Below, one piece after another: positions 11,494-23,969 of a stretch of DNA of 64,000 bases. Source of the stretch: Tricharina praecox (Eukaryota). Both the position numbers and the translations under genes were made by a program. The notes beneath the pieces are model-generated. The model had not been told where the DNA came from and made no database searches. It was given only the letters and a program-made list of their open reading frames with translations. Positions within the stretch are counted from its first letter, which is position 1. Every line of letters starts with the position of its first letter. The stretch is taken from assembly GCF_024521635.1 (NCBI RefSeq), contig NW_026250413.1, forward strand, positions 1,054,001-1,118,000, given 5' to 3'.

Positions 11494-11756
11494 GCGGGTT
11501 TGAAGGGGGACTATGCGTCGATTGGGTGGTGGGTTTACTCGCGGGTGGGTTGGTAATGGGGGATATGTACAAGATTTCTAGAGGCGGATTGGATTGGATT
11601 GTATTGGCTAGTATGTTCGAGTATGAATGTATGACGCTCTCGTCTCTTCACAGATCTTTACCTCTACTCGTACTAAAACATACACCGTGGGTGAATGAGA
11701 GAGGAAATATTTGCTATAAAACCACCGGAGAAATACCAAGGATACCCCCACACCGA

Positions 11757-14227
11757 CTAAAATTGCGCCTGTAACACCTTCTTCAACGAGACCATCTGGG
11801 CCTCTGCATCCTCCACTTTCCTCTGGCTCTTGTCGATCTTGCCAACTAGCCAATCAACTCTCCGCCCACTCTTCTTCTCGCACGCAGCAAGAGCCTGAAG
11901 CTCCTCCTCACACTTTTTGATATCGACGGTCTCGGCCTTCACCACCGCCTTGAGACTGACCATATCCATTTTCGCCTTCAACACCTCATCCTTCAGCAGC
12001 CGTTCGAACGCCGCGCGGTACACCGGCTTGCCCGGCTTAATGGCGTAAGGCCGGCCGTGCTTGTTGATGATGCTGACCATTTCGGCCTGCTCGAGTGCCT
12101 GCACGGCGTCTTCTCCGCCCGAGGACTTGAAGAAGTCGTGGAGGAGGACTTCGTTGTAGCGGAGGGAGTCCTCCGAGGTGAGTCGCTTGACGAGATACCA
12201 GGCCTGCTCGGGTGTCCACTTCCGCTTCGCGACCTCGGAGCCGTCAAGGAAGTAGAGCTTCAGGATCTCGGAGGCGGAGTTGAGGATAATTTCGTGGACG
12301 GCTTGGTGCGGGGTTTCGCCGGCCTTGATCCGCCGGGAGAGGAATTCGAGGTCGGTCAGACGGCCGCCGAGCGCGACAATGCTTTCGTCAAGCTCCTTCA
12401 TCAGTTTTTCATCCTTCTTTATGTGGTCACTTTGACCATCGAGGTGGTAGAGAACGTAGCGTTTCGCGCTTTCGGGTTTCGCATCGCCAAGGAAGACGGT
12501 GCGGAAGACGCGGTCGGGCAGAGATTTGGCAAGGGATTTCTGGAAGCCAATGTCGTTCGTGAGGAAGATCACATGTGCGACGTTGGAGGAGACAAGGAGT
12601 GCTGCCCAATCGGCAAGTTTGTCGTAGATCACGCTGTGGCCATCGTGATGGAGAAAGTTGTCGATTACGACGATTGGCCGGAGTTGCGGGTTTGCCGACA
12701 GATACTCGTCGTCGGACATGGCTTTGTCACGCTCGGTTTCATATTTGTGCGCCAGCGCGACGGTCTTGAGAGCTACACCTGTGTTCTGGAGGATCTTGTT
12801 GAATTGGTTCTCAAGGGTCTGGGAAAAGCCTGCGGTGGTTCCGATAGTTCCCTGGGCTGCGAGGTCTAGGAGGCTGCTGATAGTGTTGAGCCACGAGAAC
12901 ACCGGGCGATATCCAACCTGCAATGCTGCGGCGGCGATGGTGGCCGAGTCTCCATGTGCCTCGTTGATGGGTTCGCAGTCGATAAGCAGGACGTTCTTCC
13001 GGTCTCTCAGAATGCTGTCCATAATTAACTCGCGCTTTCCGGATCCACGAGGACCCTGAACGACGATGAAGGTCTCCTCCGACTCTTGTAGCCAGCCATT
13101 GATCCGCTCGACCGCGCCCTTCCGCTCCTCCCATAGCGCAGAGAGATCCTCCAACTCCTGTTCCCTCTTGAACACGAACCGGTCTACGGTATTCTTCTTT
13201 ACCCATCCCCAGTACTCGTTCTCGGAGAAATGCAGCGAGCGAGTGATCTTCGCATGGATGAAGAACGTCCTGACCGGATCAAAAATCCAGACAGCGATGA
13301 CACTGACGAGCGCCGCCAGAATCGGCAACACAATCCTAGGATGGTTCATCATCCAATCGCGGAAATAATGCGGCTTCATCCCGCGCTCATACAGGATCCT
13401 GAGCGTAACACCGCCCTCTTTCCCCGCAATCGCCGCAATCTCGGGTACCACAAACCCATGCAAACAATTCCTCGCACTGGTTGCGCCCCTCATGCGCAGG
13501 AACTGAATGATCGCAAACCTCGGTTCCTTGCCCCCGGGCGGGGTGATGGTGATGTCCGCGATCTTCCCATACCGCCGGAACAGCGCATACAGCGCTTCCT
13601 GGCTCAACTCCTTCCCCTCCACGAACTCCACTTTAAGCCGCGTGCTCGGGAAGCGATATAGATCCTCCAGCCAGGGCTTCCCGCGAACCAGGAAGGACCG
13701 CACGTTCGAAAGTGGCGCGAACCAAGGCTTCACCCGCGTCTCCTTCAAGAATGCTTGTACTACGTCTTCGATTCGCGCCGGGTCGGGCGAGATGAATTTG
13801 AGGAATGCTCCGCCGTCTTTCTTCCGCGGAATAACCCCCGTGATTTGGAAGTCTGGAGAATCCCACAGGTCCGCCGGAAGACATTGGCTCTTGATCCGCG
13901 AGTCGATTGACTTGCTGTCGTAGTGCATCGCCAGGTATCGGATATCGTAGAGCGCCGTCTTGAGTGGAAAGACATCTATGCGTGGGGAGGGCGTCGATTA
14001 GCGATGGGAAGTTCTGTTCTGGGCAGCGTGAGCTACTGACTGTCGAAATACAACAGCGATTCCTCGGGTGTTTTGTCGATGAAGCCCGTCTTGTCCGCGC
14101 CGACGGTGCTTGTGGGACGGCGGAACGGAGGTCGTGCGAACGCGAGCGGGGATGGTCGCAGAGCGTACGAGTGGAAGCGCATATGGGATGCCCCTGCGCA
14201 TTGCGAGGCCTTGAGAAAACGATTCAT
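11757..14227 (-). CDS. YME2: Mitochondrial escape protein 2 (Yme2/Rna12; RRM + TM + P-loop domain)
   Basis: join(14227..14041,13975..11757). Arg/Ser-rich presequence, spliced LLYFD/NVFPLK, KPWLEDL, RRM (QEALYALFRRYGKI), NHPRIVLPILAAL TM segment, VQGPRGSGK, VVIDNFLH, LGGRLTDLE. Confidence 0.95.
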
Positions 14228-14582
14228 GATGAAGATGATCTCTCCACGGAGGGAGCGGGGAAGAGATGGATTCTCTCTTTCGAAGTGTGCGTTGTTGCAT
14301 CTACCTCCAGTTCTGCTTGATTGCCGCTGAAGACCCGCCAATGACGTCGGCCGCTAGCTAGCGAGCTGCCAAGAGTGTCAGGCAAGCCCCCCCATTCATC
14401 CTCGTACTCAACCGCGAGGAACATTTCTATGATCATCCCCAGTTACCTGTTCACCTTCACCGACCGTCTCACCACTCTCGAAACATCGATCGAACGAAAC
14501 GAAATAACCTCCCCGCGAATTGCGCTAAAAAACGAGAATCCAGACCCTCCACACCGCACACGTACCAACCACATCACGCAAC
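14228..14582. promoter_or_regulatory. Short (~355 bp) bidirectional promoter between YME2 and LIN1
   Basis: Head-to-head start codons at 14227(-) and 14583(+); promoter role inferred from geometry only. Confidence 0.5.
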
Positions 14583-15974
14583 ATGCCGCGCCCCAAGCGT
14601 CCCGCGCACCCGATATCCCACAGCGCCGACGCGCTGAACCGCTCTGGGGCTGGGCTCGCGCCCTCAAAGCGTCCCAAATTCGACGCGCGCAACCCCCACC
14701 TAGTAGCACCGGATGCGCCGGAGGACGAGACCGACATATTCCTCGAGGTGGACGAGGGGGCGATCGGCAAGCGGCGGGTGCACCGGAATGCAGTTGAGCT
14801 GGAGGGCTACGAGACGGATTCGTCCGAGGAGGGGTTCAATGCGACGCGGAAGGGGTGGGCGAAGGCTGAGGGGAAGAAGAAGGCCAATAAGGATGTGGAT
14901 GATGAGGATGATGATATGTTTGGTGGGGATGGGGATGAGGACGAGAGCGATGAACTCGAGAAAGATGAGGACCGTGGAGGGATCGGAAAGAAGAACAAGA
15001 ATGTCAAGTTTTTGGATCTGGACGATATCGAGGGACAGGAGGAGGAGGGCGTTACGGAGGCATTACCGGTGCCGCAGCGGTTTCCGGATATCTTCAAGGA
15101 CGAGCGTCAGGATGAGTCCGAGTCCAGCGAGGACGAGGAGAAGCTCGCAGAGGAAGGGATAGACGAGGAGATTGGAGCCGGAGGACGAAAATCCCACGCG
15201 CCAAAGAGAGAGGCTTTCAACATGAAGAATGAAATGGAAGAGGGCCGTGTCGACACCACCGGAAATTTCATTCGCAAGGCAGCCGAGAAAGACGCGATTC
15301 ACGATAGCTGGTTAGCGGGCATCAGTCGCAAGGATATGAAGAAGGCGAAAGAGGCTATGGAGAAGCGAGAAGTCGAGCGCAGGGAGCAGATGCGACGCGA
15401 CGACGAGATAATGACAAGCGAGGTTCTCTCGCAACTGATCACTTACCTGGACCGCGGCGAAAGCATCCTGGAAGCACTGGCGCGACTCGGAGGAAAGAAG
15501 AAGCCCGACGCCAACAAAAACAAGAATCGGTGGCGGCAGAAGAAGAAGGAGGCAACAGCTATGGATGAGATGCAGATCGACAAGAAGAAAGGCAAAGAAG
15601 CAGAAGATCCGACGGAGGTGCGGAGGAAAGAGATGGTCGAGAAGATCACCGAGGCTGCAGATATACTTCTCACTCGCGGCCAGCCAGAAGTCTATGATGA
15701 AACAAGGGAGAGTCTCATGAGGCAGTACAAGCGGGAGACCGGGGACGACTGGGAAGACCCAAAGCCAGCGGAGGGGGAGGGTGGCGATGTGTTAGCGGAT
15801 ACGAGGCAGTGGGAGTACAGATGGACGGATGGAAGGGACGACGGCTCTACGTATGGACCGTACGGTAATGCGGAGATGAAGAGTTGGAACGAGCATGGCT
15901 TTTTTGGTGAAGGAGTCGAATTCAAGCTCGTGGACGGGATTGAGGGGTGGACCAGAGCGCCGGGCTTTATTTAG
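14583..15974 (+). CDS. LIN1: U5 snRNP 52K / CD2BP2-like GYF-domain protein
   Basis: 463 aa intronless ORF. EAFNMKNEMEEGRVDTTGNFIR...HDSWL, ESILEALARLG, EKITEAADILL, and a C-terminal GYF domain (WEYRW...YGPYGNAEMKSWNEHGFF). Confidence 0.9.
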   Translation: MPRPKRPAHPISHSADALNRSGAGLAPSKRPKFDARNPHLVAPDAPEDETDIFLEVDEGAIGKRRVHRNAVELEGYETDSSEEGFNATRKGWAKAEGKKKANKDVDDEDDDMFGGDGDEDESDELEKDEDRGGIGKKNKNVKFLDLDDIEGQEEEGVTEALPVPQRFPDIFKDERQDESESSEDEEKLAEEGIDEEIGAGGRKSHAPKREAFNMKNEMEEGRVDTTGNFIRKAAEKDAIHDSWLAGISRKDMKKAKEAMEKREVERREQMRRDDEIMTSEVLSQLITYLDRGESILEALARLGGKKKPDANKNKNRWRQKKKEATAMDEMQIDKKKGKEAEDPTEVRRKEMVEKITEAADILLTRGQPEVYDETRESLMRQYKRETGDDWEDPKPAEGEGGDVLADTRQWEYRWTDGRDDGSTYGPYGNAEMKSWNEHGFFGEGVEFKLVDGIEGWTRAPGFI

Positions 15975-16396
15975 AGGCATTGACTACCTACACCAGTGTA
16001 TCAGCTGGCGACGGTGAGAGATTTTTGTATCAATGGATGATTATTAGAGCAATGGGAAAGAGCCGTGCGGAGCCGTCCGTAATGGCACAAATTTTCTCCA
16101 TATCGTACCATCATCCAACTACTCTTGAAATGAAACATACAGAAGGATACATGAGCAACGTGACCTCTACTGATTCCAGGTTCTAGGTGATCATCAACAC
16201 CTCGGGGGGTACGTCTACCAATTGAATCAAGTCAATGGCTGAGCCACAGTATGAGAATTATCCAAATGTATCTTGGCGCCCATGTGCAGATCACCTGACA
16301 CCAGATAGCATCAGTTTGAAGTAAACTCCCTTGTCGCGAGTCAACCGCGTCCCGAGCTTTGGTTCCTATCATACATATCACGACAATTCCACCACA

Positions 16397-17300
16397 ATGA
16401 CTACTGAATTAATTCCCATTCCCGAGAACGCTGCCTCTTGGTGCGATACTTTGTTCAATCTTTCCAAGCCCATAGTCATGACACCCGAAGAGTTTGACGT
16501 GTACTGGCCGTTGGTCAGCACTGTATACACGAAACTTGGCGGCAACCTGTCGCAACAGAACGGCGGCGTTGAAGTCCAAAAGTACGAGTGTCGATTGCGG
16601 AAGAGCAAGACGGGCAGCCGGAAATCGCCACTTAAAGACGGCGTCAAAAAACGACCAGGTACTAGAGTTCGCCCGCCGGGACTGTGTCAGGTTCGGATCA
16701 AGATTACGCGTACGGTGGTGGCACCGGTGGTTGTCACTATCGAACGGCTGGATGCAGAGGAACGTCGCCATGACTTGGCGCGGAGTAGGGAGCTTGCGCC
16801 GTCGGTCCTTGCTATTTAGCTGGCGGTAGTAGAGGCTGCGAAGGGATATACGGCTGCGCAGGTTATCGATAAGTTGAAAGGCGTCGGAACTCCCGAAGGT
16901 GCGACGCATCTGGAGATTATTGGCAGAGCTCATTTGAGACGGTAAGTTAAATTTATTGACATTGAGATTGGATGACGACTCATTGACGAATACATTATAC
17001 AGAAGCCACGTCTATAATGCAACCCGAAAATTACCACGGCCCTCAACGGGAAGCTGACTTGTCATTCATTGCAGGTAAGAAAACCCCAACCTGTTGAAAA
17101 AGATACCTTAATTGAATTTAAGTGTCAAGCCACTTGAAAGATTTTTCTCGTCAATAACTTCTTCCTTGCCGTCGCAACTCCCATTTTCCATCTCGATGGA
17201 GAAACCAAAGCACTTACACCTGAACGGTAGATAGCAGATATAGGTTTCCTTGTTCGATGAATGTCGGTTTGAAGTTGATGAGAGAAAGAGAGAGCGAGGG
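16397..17300 (+). pseudogene. Decayed, internally deleted Mutator-like (MULE) transposase
   Basis: N-terminal FAR1/WRKY-like region (YECRL...CQVRIKI...VTIERL...RHDL), in-frame TAG 16817-16819, then EAAKGY...AHLR/intron/SHVYNA. About 17140-17290 carries SWIM-like remnants (FSRQ*LLPCR, IFHLD, LFDECRFEV). No DDE core is visible between them. Confidence 0.6.
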
Positions 17301-19557
17301 AGGTGGATAGACAAACAGAAAGAAGAGCGATCATCGTTGCCGTCATGAGAATGTAACTTTATGGAGGCACAGGGAATACGCAGGTACGGCAAGGCTCAAT
17401 TGGCCTTACCTATGGATGTTAATACACGAGTTTTCCAAGCCACAACAGAATGGTTAGTACGAGGCAGCGAGAAGGGTGTGAATGGCAGTTCGAAGGTTCA
17501 TTGCATGTTGATTGGGAGACGGCCTATCTCCGACTATCCGGCTTGGAATAATGGCCTAAAAAAGATAAACGATAACGGGCTGTGCCCGACGCTTCGCACC
17601 AACGGCACACTGTCCCTTCTTTACCTCTTGAGCTCGCGCTCCCTTTAATAGAACGCCATTCTTCGTGCCGGTCGCTTGGAAATGCTAGAAAACATAGAGC
17701 TCGTATGTAGTGAACTTCTTTCTCTTCTGGAGTGGGACTTCCTCTGTGGCGGAGTGATTGAGGACCTGTGAGCGGGAGGAAACGAATGTGGTTAGTGGTG
17801 GGCATCAACGTTGGTGGGCGTGGCGGGGTCGACCACTGAATGAGGGGTGGGGAAGATTAAGCTAGAACACACGGATTTTCTTCTCCTTGGACTGCCTCTG
17901 TTCGGTTGAGGCCTCGCTAGGTGGCTTCTTCTCAATCCATTTTCCGGTTGGCCTTGGAACTAGGACCGTGAATGGGCTCGTCGAGAGTCCGATCCGCGCC
18001 CGCAATACCTACTGTATTCAGAGCATGCTTCGGTGATAACAATCACTTCTCGCTATCGCTTACGCTCGATCTCCCATGCACAGCCATTCTTGCCGTGTTC
18101 GAACATCACCAGCAAACATCCACCTCCTCGACGCTCTCTCCACACATTTCCTTCATGATCGGCGGGGTGGGGTGGTTGGTCTTGGCGACAGATTGGGTCT
18201 ACCCTAGTTGGCCGGGCTCTTGGCGATCTCCCGTGCGGGTAGTTAACAATGGTAGTTATCCCAACTTTATCCCAACGTCCTGAGTCCTCCACGCGTGAAC
18301 AAACCAAGCCGAACTTTACCAGAACCCATTCACGCTAGCGTTTTCCAAATCGCCGGTCCGGAAGCGAATATTGGGACTCGGGAGCTGAGTGCTGGAGGTT
18401 GATCACTGAATATCGGTAGGTAGGTCGAAGTCATCACCGAAACTCTCATAGGATGCGTACAGCGTAAAGTTCATGTACACTCGCCCAGGGGGTGGAAAGA
18501 GAGTCTCAATACTCTTGCGAAACTCTCCTCTGTACTCTACTCTAGTGTGATCGGATCGTATTACCACCGTGCCGGCCAACAAAAGGAATCAAAACAAGGC
18601 AGCAGAACAATCAAAACAAACGCATTACAACAGGGTAGCACAGGGGGTCCCAGCTGGTCCCGACATCTCGGCAGGAAGTCCGTCCAAGGTCCGCAGCCAA
18701 GAACCGAAAACTGTCGGCAAGACGTCAGTCCCAGCTGCGCCCCACAGTAGGAGAGTGATCGTGTGTGATACCTACTTCAAAGTTCACCGTCATAAAAATA
18801 CACTCGCTCATAGGCAGTTTTGATCTGATCGAGCCCACCCTGGCAAGAGCGGAGAATGGTACTTATGAGTACACCATCGCAGTCGATAAGCCGATCTTGG
18901 GCATTAGGGACGGTTATCAGAAAGGACTGGGTACTTACCTGGCACACGCACCGCCGGATTGATGCTTCCATCCTTCTTCGACACTTCGAACCCCTTCCCT
19001 CACGCTCGTGGAAGCGGAGTCACACTCAAACTTCGACCATCTCCACAGTAAAAATTAGCTCTGTTGATGTCAAACGGTCGCGACCCACTGTTGGCGTCAT
19101 ATTCATCCTGCGTACACAAGTGGATTAGGATTAGGATCGGGGAATCAGTGGCTCGGTCGAACGTGGATGTAACTCACCTCTTTGGGCAAGGTTTTTGTTT
19201 TGGCCGACATCCCATAGAGCCCGCCCCTCCTCTCGCTTCCATTCTCCTTCACAGCTCTGCCCAACTTTGAAATCTCCTTCTACAAAACAAAAACCTCCCT
19301 CACACATCCCGCACCAAACCTCTCCACCTTACCGCTACAACCTATCGGTCCCTACCACCGCCTAAACTGACAACACCCACACAAAGGTACGCAGTGGAAA
19401 CATTATCCCTCGTTCTCTTTTGCATGATGAGACTCACCATGTCCTGACAGCTGCAATTTCTCATTCCCTACCAAATCTACCCAAGTGTACGCATTCGCCT
19501 AGTGTCACCTCCTTCACTGTTGCTTTTGCTAATTCCATGGCAGTACAGATCGTCGAT

Positions 19558-20962
19558 ATGCAATACCAAGGTGAGTCGGCTGCTGCCATTCTCTGCCACT
19601 CAAATAACTTTCTACGTCAAACTTTCGCCGTTCTTGTCTCTGCTATTGCCCCCTTTGCATCAGCCTTTCCCGCGACGAACATTTCCTTGCCGCACTCGTG
19701 AGCCCTGCGAGATCTTCGCTGCTGCCCCACACTCTATTTATTGAACGTTCGATCAGTCGTCAAGAGCTTAGCACTAACTAGTATGGCCTCTAGCATCACC
19801 CGAAGTCGCCTCCCCGGGTGAGGAAAACCCTCGTTTTCGCGCCATTCGTGAAGCAATCGAGCACGCTGCAGCTGTGCAGAACACGAAGTATGAGTGTATC
19901 GACGGTTTCTCGTTAAGCTACGCAGACGATGATTCTGGTGCACGGGAAGACGTGGCTACATTCGAGCAGATGTGTCGTGAACTGGGCGCACGAATCATCA
20001 AGTCTCTCGTACTCACCGTGGGTATGACACCCTGTGCGATAGGCGTTTGGTGCGAATTGGAGATTACGAAGACGAGACCTAAGTCGAGGAACTTGGTCAT
20101 TCTGCATTACGCGGGCCATGGTGAAGTCGACCCATCCAACGGCTCTCTCCGTCTATGCGCTCGTCAGGGGTCGGACCAGTCGTTTCCCTGGATGCTCTTT
20201 GTGAACCGATTCGTCGCCCCGCCCTACATTGTTCCAGACAGAATGGGCATGAAGCAAACGGATGTCCTCGTAATCCTGGACTGCTGTTATGCTGGCGCGT
20301 GCCCTCGTGGGCTCCCTGAGGCGTCGAGGACTGGGCATGTCATCGCTGCTACAGCTGAATACTCGACTACAAAGTGCAGAAACACAAACTTCAGCTTCAC
20401 TCAGCAGGTTGCCGGTATGGTTCGGAGAATTGGAAGAGAGAAACTAGGTTCTCCGTTCGAGATTGGAGATGTGATGGCGCGAATAATCGGCGAAGACGTC
20501 ATCTACGGTTTAAATATGCGCCCTGTACACGACGTTCTCGACGGCAGATCTCCCATTGTCCTTCATTATCCGGTATCGGACAACAGTGACACTTTCTCAG
20601 CCACCTACCAGTACGAGAACGTCCCCGCGGGACAGGTGTTAGATCTATCTCTTGCAACAACGAATGCTAGTCTGGAGGGGACGACTCCGAAGGTCGAAGT
20701 TCTGTGCGCCATCCAGTTCGACGGAGACATAACGGAAGAAAGCTTGAAGAAGTTTGCCACCTGGATCAACACGTTGGACAGCAGCTTCAATATCCAAGTG
20801 GAGTACGCGTACGCTGCTGACTCAACCTTTATGTGTGCCAGAGTTCCCGCCTCGATCTGGGCTAGGCTTGAAGGGCTCGACGGCTTCCAATTCCTTAGTT
20901 ATAGCTTTGGCCCAGACCCCACTGCACTCTGTACGTGGTCCATTCTACTCCCCAAACACTGA
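19558..20962 (+). CDS. Caspase-like (clan CD/C14-fold) peptidase, non-canonical fungal family
   Basis: Proposed join(19558..19570,19794..20962); intron GTGAGT...CTAAC...TAG; alternative ATG at 19537. Motifs LVILHYAGHG and DVLVILDCCYAG (His/Cys dyad), IAAT, SFTQQV, plus a C-terminal alpha/beta domain. Confidence 0.75.
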
Positions 20963-21609
20963 CTGACCTCCAATTAGGAGCGGTAATCATGAATAATGGA
21001 CTAGAGTGCCTAGTTTTCCTTGTGTTTTGCTGTATCGCCGCCCGGATCTGGTTTTTTTGGTTTTTACTCCCAAGTGTACCATATTTGTCGTCTGTGGTTC
21101 CGAGCGGGTGCCATTTGTTCTCTCTCGTGGGTGTTGAGCTGTGGGGGCTGATCTGCGTGTCTTCCATTCCCTGTGTCTTTCTTCTATGGCTGTATTGTAA
21201 TTTGTTGCTACTCGCGCGGTCGAGTTTTCATGATGAGGCATGTGATGCTTCGGCATTAGTGGCCCTCGCAGATACATTTGGTCTTTCCATTTGGTAGTAG
21301 TAATGGTGCCCCCGTATCCTCTGTTGCTGTTGTCGGGGGGAAAACGGGTCGTCGACGCTGTATAATAGTGGTAGTTGTGTCTATCTGTCTAGTAGTAGTC
21401 TACAAAGGAACAGAAACTCAGAGAGATCCACTATACAAGATGGCCAAAGCAAAGAACGAACGCCTCCGATGGCAGATGCTAGGAGTCAACCCACCGGTGG
21501 CATGCTAGGGCAACACCACCAGTACTCCGTGTCTCCAACATCCTCCTTCCTCTGTTTTTCTTTGCTGTCGATGGCGTTGTTTTCTCCCAGCTTCCGCAGG
21601 CTGTTGGGT

Positions 21610-22000
21610 CAGTGTTCTCTATCGTCCAATCCGTCCGTCCTGGGCCTCGGACGGCGTGTCTCCCGTCCGTCGACGGCCGTCCGCCCCAAGCCTTGATCAA
21701 CAACCTGATTTCGAGCGTGTACCTTAAGTATCTAAGTCTGGATACTGTTCCTCTCATAGCAATAGCGTGCGGAAGGCTGGGTAATTTTGTGCGCTGTACT
21801 GGCCAAACGTACCTAGTTGATCACGACACATAGCATATCATCATATCTCACTCGCGTAGGTATCTGCAAACGGCTAACTAGCTAGTGTATGGCCTTATTG
21901 GGACGAGTAAGCGGAATATATCACGTGATATGGACGGTCGTCCTCTACCGTCAGGCGGGGACCGACCCGTCCGCCGTTTTGGTCGTCTGGACCGTGCGAT
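21610..22000 (+). mobile_element. GGACGG/CCGTCC-rich MITE-like element, copy 1 (possibly hAT-derived)
   Basis: Begins CAGTGTTCTCTATCGTCC. 21610-21720 aligns with 45700-45890 and with the reverse complement of 50930-51030; 21907-21975 aligns with the reverse complement of 50695-50765. Confidence 0.6.
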
Positions 22001-22365
22001 AGGAAATACTGCTGTTGGTGGTATCATACCGACGCGATGCTGGTCGACCGTGCTCTAGTGTCTTGGTTTAGTTTGGTTACGGAAGTATGTACTCGAATTT
22101 ACTCAGTTGTCCGGGACACTTTTTTTTTGTTCATTCATTGATTGCGTGTGACCTATCTAGATCATGGCAATATCTACAGTAGTAAGCAACTAGGGCTGAT
22201 CGGCATGGAGGCAGTACCAGAGCCAGGCGGCAGTAGAATGATTGGAGGCAATCCAAAAACAGCGGAATCTTTACGGCTAAAAATAGTTATACTGAGAAAA
22301 GTAATGCACATTGCCACGTGGGTACCGATAGATGTGAATCATCCTGTTCTTTGATTTTGGTCGCT

Positions 22366-22529
22366 CTATGGCAGTATGCTGGCATTCAAATGAATGCGTC
22401 TTCGTACAAAGCTCAGAAACTTTCTAGACCGGTATGGCAGCATACCAGGATTCAAATGCCCACAACGCTCATAACCTTCCCGGATCGGTATGGCAGCATG
22501 CTGGCATTCAAATGAATGCGTCTTCGCAC
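22366..22529 (+). repeat. Local tandem duplication, ~60 bp period
   Basis: TATGGCAG(T/C)ATGCTGGCATTCAAATGAATGCGTCTTCG occurs twice, with a degenerate copy between. Confidence 0.7.
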
Positions 22530-23443
22530 GACTCCCGTAACCTTACTCGACCAATACAGCATCAACTGGAATTTTTTACACGACAAAACACAGTATTACG
22601 TGCTATGCGCAGCCAGTGGATATGAGCATCATGAGCATCAGTTCAATCTCAGTATTTTATATGACTATAGTACCGGGGTGAATGCTGATTTTATATCACT
22701 ACGGGCCGGTTTATATGCAGTAATCTAGTGTGTCTCGCATTGAACTTCTATCTAGTATTCTATCTACTTCCTTCACTATTTAATATCCTTTCTACTCCCG
22801 AGCTTTGGCCGCCTGTGCCACATGGATTTATTGCGCCGAGAGAAATGGAGGATAGAGTTGCTGCCAGAAAAGCTATGAGAGAGAAGCATCAGCGAGAGCA
22901 GCAGTGGTGGCGGGAGGGGGAATAGCAATTGTGGCGGGAGTGGGAATAGTAGTGGCGGCGAAGAGAGCTATAAGACGGAAGTGCTATTAGTGGCAGTAGT
23001 AGTTACGGGGGAGGGGGAGGGGGGGGGGGGAGTACCAATTGCGGCGGGAGTAGAGTGGGTCCAGCAGGACTAGAAGCACGGAAATTAGCAGGATTGGAAG
23101 CAATAGGGAGGGGAATATTCACAGCGCAGCCAGTACTGCTCCACAGCAGCGATAGGTGCATCTCCATGGTAGCAAGAGGGGCATCTCCAGGACGAATCCA
23201 GTGCTGTAACCACGGTAGCGAGAGGGCAATTCTTGCTACTTAGGCGAATACAGTGCTGCATCCGCAACGAGTATTAGCAGTAGGAAGGAGACGGTACTCA
23301 CAGTGTAGCTAGCGCTCTATCCGCGGCGGGTCCAGCGGGACCTGAAGCACGGTAATTAGCAGGGCAAATAGCAACAGTAGAGAGGCACGGGGGGAAGAGG
23401 GAGGGGGTATTCACTGCCCAGTCAATGCTGCATCCGCGGCGGG

Positions 23444-23830
23444 TTGTGTCGGAGCTGTCAGCGAGAGGAGGAACTATCAGTGAGGAGGACTTGTCAGCGA
23501 AAGGAAGTAGAGGAGCTGTCTGTGAGGGGGGGGGGGGGGCGTGATGGAGGAGCTGTCTGTGAGATGGAGGAGTTGTCAGTGAGAGAAGGAGTTGTCAGCG
23601 AGAGAAGGAATTGTCAGCGAGAGGAGGAGTTGTCAGCGAGAGGAGGAGCTATCAGTGAGGAGGACTTGTCAGCGAAAGGAAGTAGAGGAGCTGTCTGTGA
23701 GGGGGGGCGTGATGGAGGAGCTGTCTGTGAGATGGAGGAGTTGTCAATGAGAGGAAGGTGAGGAAGGGGTGGTGTGAGAGGAGGAGTTGCCATCGTGAGG
23801 AAGTGATGGAGTAGCTGTCTGTGGCATGAT
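23444..23830 (+). repeat. Degenerate GA-rich minisatellite
   Basis: Many copies of GAGGAG(C/T)TGTC(AGCGA/TGTGA); 23460-23530 is partly duplicated at 23636-23705. Confidence 0.75.
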
Positions 23831-23969
23831 CGGCGGTGACTCCTGTATGTAGCAGTAGGAGGAGATGGTATCCTAATTCTCTACAGCAGTTATCATACCC
23901 GAGCATTTGCCTTTATGTTGGTGATCGTCCAGAATGCTGCAACCATTCGTACGGTGCGGTACCTACTAC

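Noticed and set aside
12057-13923. Long plus-strand ORFs (e.g. 270 aa at 12057)
   Set aside because: Antisense shadows of GC3-rich YME2. The same applies to shadow ORFs over thymidylate synthase and the 46.8-49.9 kb and 57.8-58.9 kb genes.
18500-19130. Coding-like fragments upstream of the caspase-like gene as a possible partner or substrate
   Set aside because: Only short broken frames with no identifiable family.
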